The position numbers were made by a program, and so were the translations under genes. A stretch of 64,000 nucleotides of DNA from Octopus vulgaris (taxonomy: Eukaryota), in NCBI GenBank assembly GCA_951406725.2, contig OX597824.1:1736001-1800000 (forward strand). Direction: 5' to 3'. Shown here piece by piece: positions 41,956 to 54,452 of this stretch (position 1 is its first letter; each line of letters opens with the position of its first letter). The notes below the pieces were generated by a model. That model was given only the letters and a program-made list of their open reading frames with translations. It made no database searches and was not told where the DNA came from.

Positions 41956-42138
41956 TGATAGATCGTTAGCCACTACACACATTTTCTTCTCTCCTTGTTT
42001 CTCTCCTTGTTTTTCTGTGTCTCTTTTTGTACAACAGCGTAGGCTCGAAACGTTAAAGACTTTTTCTATTCCTGAGCGTTATACTAATACATCTTGTTGT
42101 TTTGTACACCACCTTTTTTTTTTTGGTAAACTCTCCCT
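41955..42138 (+). mobile_element. Family-B pLTR copy, right arm of an inverted pair
   Basis: Reverse complement of 41572-41762 and 59690-59880. Confidence 0.85.
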
Positions 42139-43330
42139 ATATATATACACGTACATACAGGTTTATGTATTTGTTTTTTTTTTGGTTTTTTTTAAAGATT
42201 CTGGATGTGAAAATGCGTGTTGAAACAAATATTGTTATAGTTCGAATGTGTGGTGCGCAGGTAGATATACAACCACAGAAAAGCAAAATGGAATTAGCAG
42301 AACGAGAGGAGATACATGGGAGCGAGAGTGACTTATGAGGTCGCAGAATGTGTGAAGACAGAACTTTGACAGATGTATAAGCTAAAAAGAAATGCGAGTA
42401 CAAAACTAAAGGGAAATTCAAATAGACTGCGTGTGTTCAATTCACAAAAAATGTGTGTTTATATTCACAAAACATGTATCTTTTGTTCACATATATAGAG
42501 TGTTGAACTGTGTGAACGAGGTGTAGAAAGTTGTCTTCTAATGGAATATATATTCATAATCGTTATATGATTCTATCAAGAGAGGCAGTACAACCTATTT
42601 AAGTGTCACAAGGAAAGCCTAAACTTTAGTTCAAAAGTGACAAACAATACATCCCAGAAAATAATGAATCATAACTCCAATCCGTTTTTGTAGTATTCAG
42701 ATTGATTTCAGCAGAAATATTCTAAGAATCATTGCTGTTGGCTGTTTAGTTGCAATTGAGGTTCTAACTGTAGAAACTGGCGTAATTGTTCGCATTAGAT
42801 TTAAGCAGTAACATTTAGCAAATGTTCACGTGTATAAACGTGAATGCTTAAACAACAACTTTCCTTGTAAACAATAAGCATTCATCTGCCTGTGTTCTGA
42901 AAAGACCAAGACAAAAGTGCATAAATGTTATCATGCTGACAAGAGCACTCTCTTACAGAATCCTGCTTTCTGTCGTACCATTATCTTACTGCCTTCCCAT
43001 GTCTGTCTTTTGTTGTATAGATACACGTATCGGAGGAGTGAAGATGCGTCGATGAATATGTCTGCGTGTGTTTATGTGTCTGTGGATGTATGGTTGTATG
43101 TGTGTGTGTCTGTATGCATCGCGACTTTGAGAACGTAATGTCTGTAAGCAAGTTTACTGCTATATCTGGAGAAAAGTTGTGTCTGTATAGGATAACACTG
43201 ACGAGTTCTCTAGATAAATATATACTCGCTTGTACAATGGTCTTAGTCTCCTAACAGGATATATATATATATATATACATACAGACACATATATATATAC
43301 ATAATGCATATATATATATATACATACATG

Positions 43331-43361
<31 letters not shown>

Positions 43362-43391
43362 GTATATATATATATACACACATACATGCAT

Positions 43392-43479
<88 letters not shown>

Positions 43480-44355
43480 TTCTTATCTTATATTAAACTT
43501 TTTAATACTTTTTGATAGTTATATATATTTAATTTAAAAAATATTAATAAAAATATAAAAATTTATAAATATAAATTAATAATTTTAATTTTTATGTTTT
43601 GGTTTATGTTTTTCACTGTCTGATTTGCCTAATAGTGGTTTTATATCTAATTTAATTGATATGTTAGGAGACAAAAACCATTGTACAAGCAAGTATATAT
43701 GTGCGTGTATGTGTGTGTACATATATATATTATACATAGTGTATGAATAATTATCCCAAAGTGAATAAAATACTTATAAAACTTGGTTCCATAATCTTAG
43801 GGAAACCAGAAGATCAATGCTCGGCTCGCTCTCACATTTGTTCACATATTTTTCAACGAGAAATTTCTCGAGTTTTATTCCACGATACAGCCATTAATAT
43901 GTGATCTATATATTTGACAACAAGAAAATATTTTACTATTCGTATATAAATTATATTCTTAACATATCAATAGATGTCGAGGGGAAACTTGAAAATTATA
44001 CGTTAGTCATTCTGCCACCGATCGGACGTCTGACCCATTCTATTGAATTATTTCCACCTACTAAATCTTACAAGCTGGAATTGTCGAGAAGCAAGTTTCG
44101 GAGAGCAGAGACTACCTTGCAGTATTGTTGACAGAATAACAAATGGCAGCTACTGTTCGATCGCCATATGCCGATAAGTTTATTTATAGGGGATGTATCT
44201 GACGGCTATAGTTCGATTTCTACATAGCTCTCACTAAATATATTTCGGATTACATGTATAAGTATGTGTATGCATGTGTATCGTTGTGCGTTTGCATGTG
44301 TCTGTATGCATCCTTGCACGTGTGTATGTATATATATATATATAGAGAGAGATAA

Positions 44356-44386
<31 letters not shown>

Positions 44387-44507
44387 CACTACATCCCATA
44401 TTATTAGGAAAATCAACCTTCTCTTATAAATAAATGTATTTTCTTTCAAAACCAGTTCTCATTCCTAAGGTAATTTTCTGCTCTTAACTATTACGCCATA
44501 TGCCCGT

Positions 44508-44746
44508 GGGTATATGGCGTAGTGGTTATCAGCGCGGGCTACTGACCCCAAGATTCTGAATTCGATTACAGGCAGTGACCTGAACAATAACATTAATAAC
44601 AACATCGGAAAAATACCCTACGAATGAGAGCTCAAGTTCGAAATTCCCCCAGGACATTTGATAAAGGAGGGTATATCAACCGAAACGTGTTAACAAACAA
44701 GATGAGGACAAATATCCGTCAAATGTAAATAATGTAAATAATGTAC
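44508..44746 (+). mobile_element. tRNA-headed SINE with degenerate hammerhead-like motif and AATGTAAAT tail repeats
   Basis: A-box TGGCGTAGTGG at 44515, B-box-like AATTCGATTA near 44559, the motif ACA T TTGATAA AGG...CC GAAAC G TGT at 44654-44690, and a tandem tail at 44722-44746. Confidence 0.65.
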
Positions 44747-45901
44747 TGTCAGCATTGTTGGCAGCACAGGTTGAGAAATCTCTCTCTCTCTCTCTCTCTC
44801 TCTGTTTATATATATATATATGTATAAAATATTATCTATTTATCTACATATGTATGTATGGTTGTGTGTGTATGCTTGTGTTTGTCTGTACATGTATGCG
44901 TGTTTGTTTGTGTGTGTGTGTTTGTTTGTTTGTGTGTGTGTGTGTGTGTGTGTTTGTGTGTGTAGCGTAACGGTGGAAAGTTGGGTTTAAAGATCAGCGT
45001 GTGATTTATTTTCCCTTCGGCCAGTTACACATAATATTCTTCAGCTCAATCCTAAATTGTATTCACGACTAAGTGAACGCTTGATCGGAAGTTCTTTGCC
45101 TAAAAGATAGATATATATTTCTTGTGTTTACAACGCATTTATTTCTATTCCCTCCGTGTATGTTTGAATGTGCGTCAGTGGACCATATATACACTAGTGT
45201 ATAAAGTGATCAATCATGAAATATAAAACACACGTCAATACATTCCCAAAATATACATACATTAAACACACGCGCGCGCGCACTCACAGACATATCTTTA
45301 CACAAACGACCACTTGCATATTCTCGAATACTATATCTGACCCATATATGTATGTATGTAATGACCGCAGACAATTGATATAATTAAATAGACAATTTAT
45401 CAAGTATTTCTTATGGATCTTCATATCACTTTCGGCAATGAGTGTTCTAGTTCTTTGATGAACAGATCAAACCATTCCCTTCGCACTCACTCATAAATGG
45501 ACACTTCGGGCAGAATCTGGGAGACGCGCTGTGTAACTAAACTAGCCATTTGAATTTCCTCTATAGTATATACGAACAATATCTAGTGAATACTAACTGT
45601 TAATTCCATATTTTCTGTCCCTAATTTTCTAATATTTTCCAAATTACTAATTGGCAATCTATGTTCTTATTGTTAATTGGTATTCGATAGATCCTGAAGC
45701 GACACTTTGGAATATATTAATGGAAATCACATTGGAATGAAACCGTTCTAAGAACTACCGATTATTATAATGTCTTGCAAGCAGGAATATAGGTATGTTG
45801 GTGCAAAAAAGAAAAGTAGTATTCACAATATGGGTATATGTATATTATTATTAATACATGTATATATACATATATGTATGTATAACTATATATGTACATA
45901 T

Positions 45902-46090
45902 AGTTAATCCAAACATGAACAAAGAGAAAACACAACAACGCGAGGACGTGGAACAAGTATAGTGTTATTGGACGCTCAGAAAAGGAAAGAAGGAGGATTT
46001 AACGTTTCGAGCGGAGCTCTTCGTCAGAAACATAGAAAAAGGAAAGGTCCATGGAAGGAAAGACGGAGAAAGAAAATCGCCAACGGTACA
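45902..46090 (-). mobile_element. Family-A pLTR copy with minimal HHR at 45998-46030
   Basis: Near-identical to 1309-1515 and 38408-38586. Confidence 0.85.
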
Positions 46091-46099
46091 CTATATTTA

Positions 46100-46330
46100 T
46101 ATTCTTAGCTATAATAGCAACAACATGGCTTTCTTCCATCATCTTGCTCTGTAATAGTATTTGAGTAAAATTATTTAATGTGTCCAACTGATTAAAATTC
46201 TATTTATTTGTGCAGCTGAGGATAGCCCTGCATTTGAATTGATGTAATGATTGCATTGTTCAATTAAATGGATCCGTTTGAAACAGTCGTACTGCATCAC
46301 TTTTCGATGTCATGTTGCTTAATTTGATAG
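46100..46330 (+). mobile_element. HHR-bearing repeat family C
   Basis: Homologous to 8838-9070. Confidence 0.75.
46210..46297 (+). ncRNA. Type I hammerhead with canonical core and a 57-nt stem II region
   Basis: Reads GUGCAG CUGAGGA, a stem II including CAUUUGAAUUGA/UCAAUUAAAUG, then GAAA C AGUC GUA CUGCAU. The base of stem II pairs poorly. Confidence 0.6.
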
Positions 46331-46371
46331 ATGTACGTTTATATACATGTATATATGCATATATCTATCTA

Positions 46372-46402
<31 letters not shown>

Positions 46403-46408
<6 letters not shown>

Positions 46409-47308
46409 GCGTGTATATGTACATGTAGAGGTAGGTACGTACATATATGTTTATATATATGCATATATTTTATTAACATATTATACGACTAAACGCACGC
46501 ACCCTATTAAGTAAGATTGTTCTGTTTATCAAGTTCGCCTTGATATTAACTCTCACGCGACTCTGCATCTTTCTTTCTTTCTCTCCCATTCCCTTTTTCG
46601 TCTTTTTTCCCTCACTTAACTTGTCTCTTCCTCTCTCTCTCCCCCTCACTGTTCTTCATGGTCTCCTCGCACCATTCCCCTTCTTCTCTCTCTTCCTCTT
46701 GCTCCTCCTCCCCCATTCCCGTCGTCCATCTGCGACGATACTTCCGTCGTAACTGCTATCCTGTCCTTTCTCGCCCGCCTTCTAAGGCTACTGGTCGACA
46801 TCTTCCTCTCTCGTCGTCCACTATAATCCAGCGTTTGCAATACTTTTTTCGTCTGGCGTTAACAGCCCTTCTTATCTTGTTCTCCTTGTCCTGTCTCTCA
46901 CTGTTATATATTTATTTTTCCACTGTTTATCTATATATTTTTTACTGTTTATATGTTTGTACTGTCGTTACCGTCTTGCTTTTTTTTACCCCTCTGCGAA
47001 AAGATCTCAGAATTTTAATTGATTTGCTTTTCTCAGGAAGGAATTTTTCTTCGAAGTATACGTCTCGCTTTTATCCTTCGAAACGTTAGTAGATGAAACT
47101 TTAGCGACTGAAGAAGGGGATTTTTCGTTGTGCTTATTGTCCTGTATCTCCTTTTTTTTGCCTGTCTTGTTCCTTGGTTTGTGTCTATGTTTTTCGTCTC
47201 TCTATGTGTTCGACGTCTTTTTGGTGTCCTGTACACATATATGCGTGTATATGTACATGTAGAGGTAGGTACGTACATATATGTTTATATATATGCATAT
47301 ATTTTATT

Positions 47309-47315
<7 letters not shown>
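46403..47315 (+). mobile_element. 834-bp unit bounded by identical ~79-bp direct repeats
   Basis: atatatgcgtgtatatgtacatgtagaggtaggtacgtac...ttattaacatat occurs at 46403-46481 and 47237-47315, around a pyrimidine-rich interior. Confidence 0.7.
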
Positions 47316-47361
<46 letters not shown>

Positions 47362-47394
47362 ATGTGTGTGTGTGTGTCTGTGTGTCTGTGTGTG

Positions 47395-47581
47395 TGTGTA
47401 ACCCCTCTGTCCGGTATTCGCCATGATAGATCGATAGCCAATAAACCTTTTCTATTTTCTCTCCCTCTTAATTTCTGTGTTTCTTTCTGTTGAAGAGCAT
47501 AAGCTCGAAACGTAAAAGACTTTCTCACTTCCCGAGCTTTAAACTAATACATCTGTTTGTCGTTTACAAACTCGTCTTCGT
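47395..47581 (+). mobile_element. Family-B pLTR copy with HHR variant at 47483-47518
   Basis: Reverse complement of about 59715-59903. It reads CUUU CUGUUGA A GAGC AUAA GCUC GAAA C GUA AAAG. Confidence 0.85.
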
Positions 47582-47920
47582 CTGTCTTTACGTTCTGAGT
47601 TCAAATTCCGCCGAGGTCGACTTTGCCTTTCATGCTTTCGGGGTCGCTAAATTAAGTACCAGTTACGCACTGGGGTTGATATAATCGACTTAATCCGTTT
47701 GTCTGTCCTTGTTTGTCCTCTCTGTGTTTAGCCCTTGTGGGTAGTAAAGAAATAGGTATTTCGTCTGCCGCTACGTTCTGAGTTCAAATTGCGCCTGAGG
47801 TCGACTTTGTCTTTCATCCTTTCGGGGGCGATAACTTAAGTACCAGTTACATACTAGGGTCGATCTGATCGACTGGCCATCTCCCCAAAATTTCGGGCTT
47901 TGTGCCTAGGGTAGAAAAGA
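47582..47920 (+). mobile_element. Head-to-tail dimer of 5'-truncated SINE family S1
   Basis: Two successive tacgttctgagttcaaatt...gaggtcgactttg...taagtaccagttac units. Confidence 0.9.
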
Positions 47921-48342
47921 TTACTATGGCAACAGTCCGGACACTTATTGATCAGACCTAGAATATATGGATGTATGGCGCTGGTTAGATACAGGATTAT
48001 AATTACTATTGCTGCATCCATGTATTTTTCAGATTATATTGAAGAACATGCAACAGTGTTGTATATGTAATATAGATATGTAGCAGAGCTGAGTTGATGT
48101 ATTTATTGAAAGGAGAAAATATCTTCTCGATCTGTTGTGAAGAGAGAAAAGGACAAATACGTTTGAGTTGACTGGTGAATTGCAAATAGTGGATGTTTTT
48201 TTTTTGGTAGCATTCAAAAGTGTAGAACGCACGTCTATATATACTCGTCACGTTTCTTAAATATTAAGTTTTGAAAATTGTTTTAGAAAGATCGGATGTT
48301 TCTATGTGTGCAAAAATAGTGTTCGTGTTTAATGGGGTGTTA

Positions 48343-48553
48343 AGGTGGCGATCTGGCGGAATCGTTAGCACATCGGTCAAAATGCTTAGCGGTATTTTGT
48401 CCGTCGTTCTAAGTTCAAATTCCGCCGAGGTCAATTTTGCCCTTTCGTTCTTTCGTGGGTGGTTAAAATTAGTACCAGCTGAATACTGGGATCGATGTAA
48501 CCGACTTAATCCTTCCCCCTAAATTGCTGACTTTGTGCTAAAATTTGAAACCA
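48343..48553 (+). mobile_element. SINE family S1 copy
   Basis: Contains ggtggcgatctggcggaatcgttagca...gttcaaattccgccgaggtc. Confidence 0.85.
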
Positions 48554-48994
48554 ATATTCTATGGAGTAGTATAGGAAAAGTGACAGCGTATACATTAGCA
48601 AGAGAAAAACGGCATAGGGCGAGTGAAGTATAGACGGAAGATGTTGCCTCTCTTCAAATGATTATTTAGAAATGCAATTTACTATTTCACTCGTTAGGTG
48701 TTAGAAACGATTTAAATTCGTTGAATGATGTTGAAAACTTTACGTGTACAGGGAGAGAGTAATTCAGCATTGCGTGTCGAACGGGAAGCGATGTTGCAGA
48801 ATAATATTTCGAAACACTCTGAAATGCTGAGCGTGTATGTCTCGGAAGCAAATAATTAGTATTCCTGAATATTAAACAGAAGATGGCGGTTTGTCAAACG
48901 AGGAACTATGCTTTTGGTAAAGAGGGTTTGCCCTTAGCTTTGTTTCATTCATAACCCGACATTTCTTTTCGTTCGTTCCTTCCTTTCATTCTTT

Positions 48995-49035
<41 letters not shown>

Positions 49036-50495
49036 TTCTATACAACTCTGTTTACATAGTAACCAACTGAAGAATAATCATACATTGATGTTTGATCTTT
49101 CTCAGGAATATGACGCTAATCCTAAAAGAATTTCAGATCTGTATATGGATGCTAATGGAATGGATTAATTAGTACGTGGGAAAATTGCGGTGCCGAGATC
49201 AAATCGTCTCATAAACAATAAAGAAGACTCTTATGAACATCTATGAACACACTGTGTTGTCGTTGACACAGTTGTTTTGTGGCTTTTGTTGCTGTTGAGA
49301 ATAACAAGAGTGTTGATGATAAGAATAATCATGGCGACGACTACGGACGTCGATGGATAGGATTATGATAGTGATGAAGAGGTGAATGATGACGATGATG
49401 ACGATGCTGATGATGATGCTGATGATACCTTTATTATATAGGATAATACTGGCGTTGCGTTTGTGCTGTGTTACCGTTGACGACAACAGCAATACCGATA
49501 ATGATAACGAAGAGGAAAAAACATGGTGCTGTTGTCGATCCTACCGCTGCTGCTGATGGCCGTGGTAATAATGATGAGGATGATGATAACGGTCATGGTG
49601 ATGACGATCATGATGATGATGAAGATGGTAATGATGGTGATATTATGTTAAGATGAAGTCGAGTATTTTGCTGTTGGTGCTGTCTCTCCTGCTTGTGTAT
49701 GGCTGCTATGGTAGCTATTGTCATAGTCAAAATCTATATCTCATTTATCGATTCAGAATTCAGTAAATACAATAAATAAGTGGCATATAACATAATATAC
49801 GTAAATACACACTCACTCACACGCACACAGATACACACAGATACAGACATGCATTTGTGAATATATTACAAGTCTAGGTGTATGGAGCACCTTGAGAAAC
49901 AAAGGCGAAACTACGCGCGCACACGTCAATGTAAGCATGCATGCATGCAAGCTTGCTTGCATCGTATTGGTGAAATAGCTCTGAGAAGAAATAAAACCAG
50001 AATAACACGTTGACGTTGGTGCATTGATGTATGCAGCTGCTTCTAGAAGCTCGATTTAGGAATACTGAGAACGAAAGGTAAGGAAATGAAAAAAGAAAGA
50101 AACAGGAAAAGCAGACTCGGGGAATGAGGTACTGTTTTATGGAAGAAGTGTGTGAGGTATGAGTAAGAGTAACGAAAATGGAACATCATATATGCACATG
50201 AATAAGCATACGCTCGAATACAAACGTACACAGATTCAGAAAAATGTTCGTATAGATATGTACGTATAGGATGGATCGCTGACGATGAAACGAGGCGTTG
50301 GAGTATTCAAGGCATAAATTAGAGTGTGTATATTCAATTATCAAATGGATGTAATTGAATCTTAACTCCTCAAATACATGTTACTGGTTATTAAAGTGAT
50401 TTCTTAATTGCGATTCGACGGTTTCCTCTCACAGCTGCAGGTACATCTGCGATATAAATAGATAAACATTCACAGATGTATGTATGTATATATAT

Positions 50496-50572
<77 letters not shown>

Positions 50573-50576
50573 TATA

Positions 50577-50746
50577 GGGAGAGTTTACGAAAAAAACAAA
50601 AGACGAAGACAGGTGGTGTAGAAAACCAGCAGATGTATTAGTATGACGATCCGGAATAGAAAAGGTATTTTACGTTTCGAGCGTTTACAGAAAGGGACAC
50701 ACAAAAAACAAGGATAGAAAAAAATGTGTGTAGTGGCTAACGATCT
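50577..50746 (-). mobile_element. Family-B pLTR copy with part of the HHR deleted
   Basis: Matches 59690-59875 and abuts (TA)n on the left. Confidence 0.8.
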
Positions 50747-50816
50747 ATATATAACTGCTGCATTTGTTGAGTATATAAACAGTTTGGCTGCTTGTTTCTC
50801 TGGAGACTGTCAGAAT

Positions 50817-50877
50817 GATGTTGACGCCTCTGATGAGAACCCAATAAGGTTCGAAAATGGATTAAGGTTGTTCCATC
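50817..50877 (+). ncRNA. Type I hammerhead ribozyme with canonical core
   Basis: Reads GCCU CUGAUGA GAACC CAAUAA GGUUC GAAA A UGGA UUA AGGU, with a perfect 5-bp stem II. A TATA-like gtatataaac lies upstream at about 50771. Confidence 0.78.
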
Positions 50878-50951
50878 AATTTTTTCAGTCTGCGGAAAAT
50901 TGGCTAAAATGTTTCCCCGTTTTTAATTATACCATATGTTAGACAGGCACA

Positions 50952-51036
<85 letters not shown>

Positions 51037-51396
51037 TATATGCATCTGTGAATCATTATCTATCTATCTTTTGCAAAGCAGGTGCTTTTTAGCACCCTCT
51101 GATATATAAATATATTTTTTATATATTTATCAATTTTACACTTGCGGCAACTAATGTTATTGTTTATATGATTAATAATGTTATCAGTTATATAATGGGG
51201 GAGAGAAAGGTAGAGAAAGGCAAAGAATTTTGATGATGATATGGATTCCCGAGTGGTCTTTCTAGAAAGTGAATGAATGATTAAATAAAATCATAAATAA
51301 ATTGACACTTAATCTAGCCTAAAAGTAAAAGTTTATATGGCCAGATGATTTCACAGGGCATGTGGAATTTCTGGAGCACACGCACACTGATACGCG

Positions 51397-51484
<88 letters not shown>

Positions 51485-51485
51485 C

Positions 51486-51526
<41 letters not shown>

Positions 51527-51547
51527 CACAGATAGATATATAGATAT

Positions 51548-51580
<33 letters not shown>

Positions 51581-51583
51581 CAC

Positions 51584-51646
<63 letters not shown>

Positions 51647-51653
51647 CAGACAC

Positions 51654-51710
<57 letters not shown>

Positions 51711-51769
51711 CGTAGATAGACAGACAGATAGACAGACAGACAGATAGATAGATAGATAGATAGATAGAT

Positions 51770-51830
<61 letters not shown>

Positions 51831-51849
51831 CAGACAGATAGATAGAAAG

Positions 51850-51907
<58 letters not shown>

Positions 51908-51917
51908 ATAGATAGAT
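51397..51917. repeat. ~520-bp (GATA)n array with GACA variants
   Basis: Direct reading; it is the source of the LSIY pseudo-ORFs. Confidence 0.97.
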
Positions 51918-52800
51918 GCATACATACATACACACATACATACATAAGCAAGCAAACGTTTATTCGGAAATGTAGGTTATAGGCTGAAGAGGTAGACGTT
52001 AAAATATAATCATCATCATCATCATCATCATCATTATGATCACAATCATCAGCAACATCAACTGCCTGGTTATCCTACCCCTTGTTTATACAGTTGTTGT
52101 CTCTCATTTGTCTCGTTTTTAAACGTCTCCTGTCACTATACACATTTTCTCACTGTGGGTTTTGCACTGATTACTGCTTCTATTTTCTATATCCTCCATA
52201 TATTTGTAAATTATATTAAAACATTATCGACACCTAAAGCAGTAGAAATCAAAACGGTGATCTTTTAAATCCAAACTTAACGTGTTCTGGCAGGCTCAAA
52301 CGTGAACGTCGGTCTTCGCGAGTGGATTTCATCACATAGACCCATCGTTCCCCTAGACTATGTATGTAAACATCACATTCGCTCATATTTATAGCAGTCG
52401 ACTATTAGACGCCGACGTTTCTGTGTGCTTGTCCTTCTTCAATGACAGACAACACCTAGATTCTGGAGCTGGAAAGGAACAACTTTTACTATGGTTTTGG
52501 CTATGCATTATCGATATGTTCTAAATCACTCTCAGGGTACCTGTTATTTTAGGCGCTATGTCTTTTTTTTGGTCAAGCTTTAGTTTTGGATATCTTTATT
52601 TCCAGACCATAACATTTGGAAAATTCACCCATTATAGTGGAAATTTGACTAATGTCCATTGGAACTAATATTTCTAATAGCAGAAACCTGACCCCTTACA
52701 AAACTTTGACAGCAATATCGGCTGATTATCTCAAACCTTGTCGTTTTACTTTAGCATGTCACACAGTCCGGTAGATTAGTGGTCCCCTGAGACCATTTGT

Positions 52801-52851
<51 letters not shown>

Positions 52852-53629
52852 CATTTATCCTCTAACGGTGTTTCGTATGTTTTGCATAATTCCCAGTGTG
52901 CGAATGCTCTGTGTCACGGGTGATTGTCAGATACGATAGATAGAGGAATGATTAAATGATTTGACGTATTTAAGTTCTAAGTCCAAACTCATTCAGATCG
53001 ACTTGGTATTTTATTCTTCTGCGATCAATAAAATACTACAAGAGTCAACAACCGGGGTTGGTCTCAATCAACCATCCTACTGCCTCAAATCACCAATCTC
53101 ATGACAATATTTATAGACCACCACCACCACCACCAACATAGCCATCCCTATCATCAACACCATCACAACTACTATTATAATTCTAATAGTATCATTACCA
53201 CCACTACCACCACAACTACAACCATCACCCAACCACCACTATCACCATCATCATCACATTCATCATCGTCGCCATCATAATCTTCTTCTTCTTCTTCTTC
53301 TTCTTCTTCTTCTTCTTCTTCTTCTTCAGTAGCAGCTCGATGACAGCAGCAGCAGCAGCAGCAACATACCATCTGCTTAAGCACTATTACCAGAGCAGCA
53401 GACGGCAGCGGCGGGAATGGCAACAACGAGGTACCACTTCATCTTCACCATTTTTCATATCCATTTCTACACACGTGGCACTTCCCTCCATCCCAACCCT
53501 TGCAACAGCAACACCCACATTCTTTTTTACAAAGATCTTGGAATAAAACAAACGCAGCACGGCCTCAACTCTCGCGCGTGCGCGGACTCGCCGTTCCCGC
53601 TGACACACAGTTATACGTGTGTGTGTACG

Positions 53630-53639
53630 TTCACACACA

Positions 53640-53672
<33 letters not shown>

Positions 53673-53996
53673 GTTGTACACACGGAAAAACAATACACGC
53701 ACACACACAGGTTCACAGATACACACACAAACACACCCTCTCACACACACACGTTCATAAACACACACACTCAAACAGTCTCTCACACACATACACACGC
53801 TCACACACAGATACGCGCACGCATACACATGCACATACACATTCTCTCTCTCACACACACTCCTACACACACTCACTCACAATCTCTCTCTTTCTCACAC
53901 ACACACACTCTCTCTTTTAATATTTTACCTAATTTTGTTTTACTCTCTCTCTCTCTTTATTTCTTACACACACACACACACACGCACACACACACA
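53630..53996. repeat. Degenerate (CA)n/(CT)n low-complexity tract
   Basis: Direct reading. Confidence 0.9.
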
Positions 53997-54402
53997 GAGT
54001 TACCCGTCATCCCCCATCACCTCAGGAATCAAAACCACCACAGCCAGCGCTTAAACCACCCGTATATACCACCAGCACCAACACTGCTTCAGTTACCACA
54101 AACATTAGCAATGCGCCTATTATCTCTGACAGCATCTCCACAACATCGACAACAACAACAGCAACAACAATCCTAACAGCAACAGCAACAACAATCACTG
54201 CTACGATAGCATTAGTAAACAGAAGCAATATTTTTAATATCACAGCGCGGTATTAAGCTTCACTTGAACTTTACGTCTTGCAATCTTGAATACAGATATT
54301 TATGTAACTCTGATGGAATAGAGCAAGTGTGCGTGTGTGCGTATGTGTGTATATATATGTATACTGTTTGCTTGTCTGTATATATATTATATACATATAC
54401 AT

Positions 54403-54452
<50 letters not shown>

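Noticed and set aside
49241-49656. Asp-rich and Ile-rich ORFs
   Set aside because: They come from a degenerate (GAT)n tract with no splice or domain evidence.
52395-52450. Minus-strand UUGAAGA...GAAACGUC hammerhead-like motif
   Set aside because: C3 is mutated and neither stem I nor stem II pairs convincingly.
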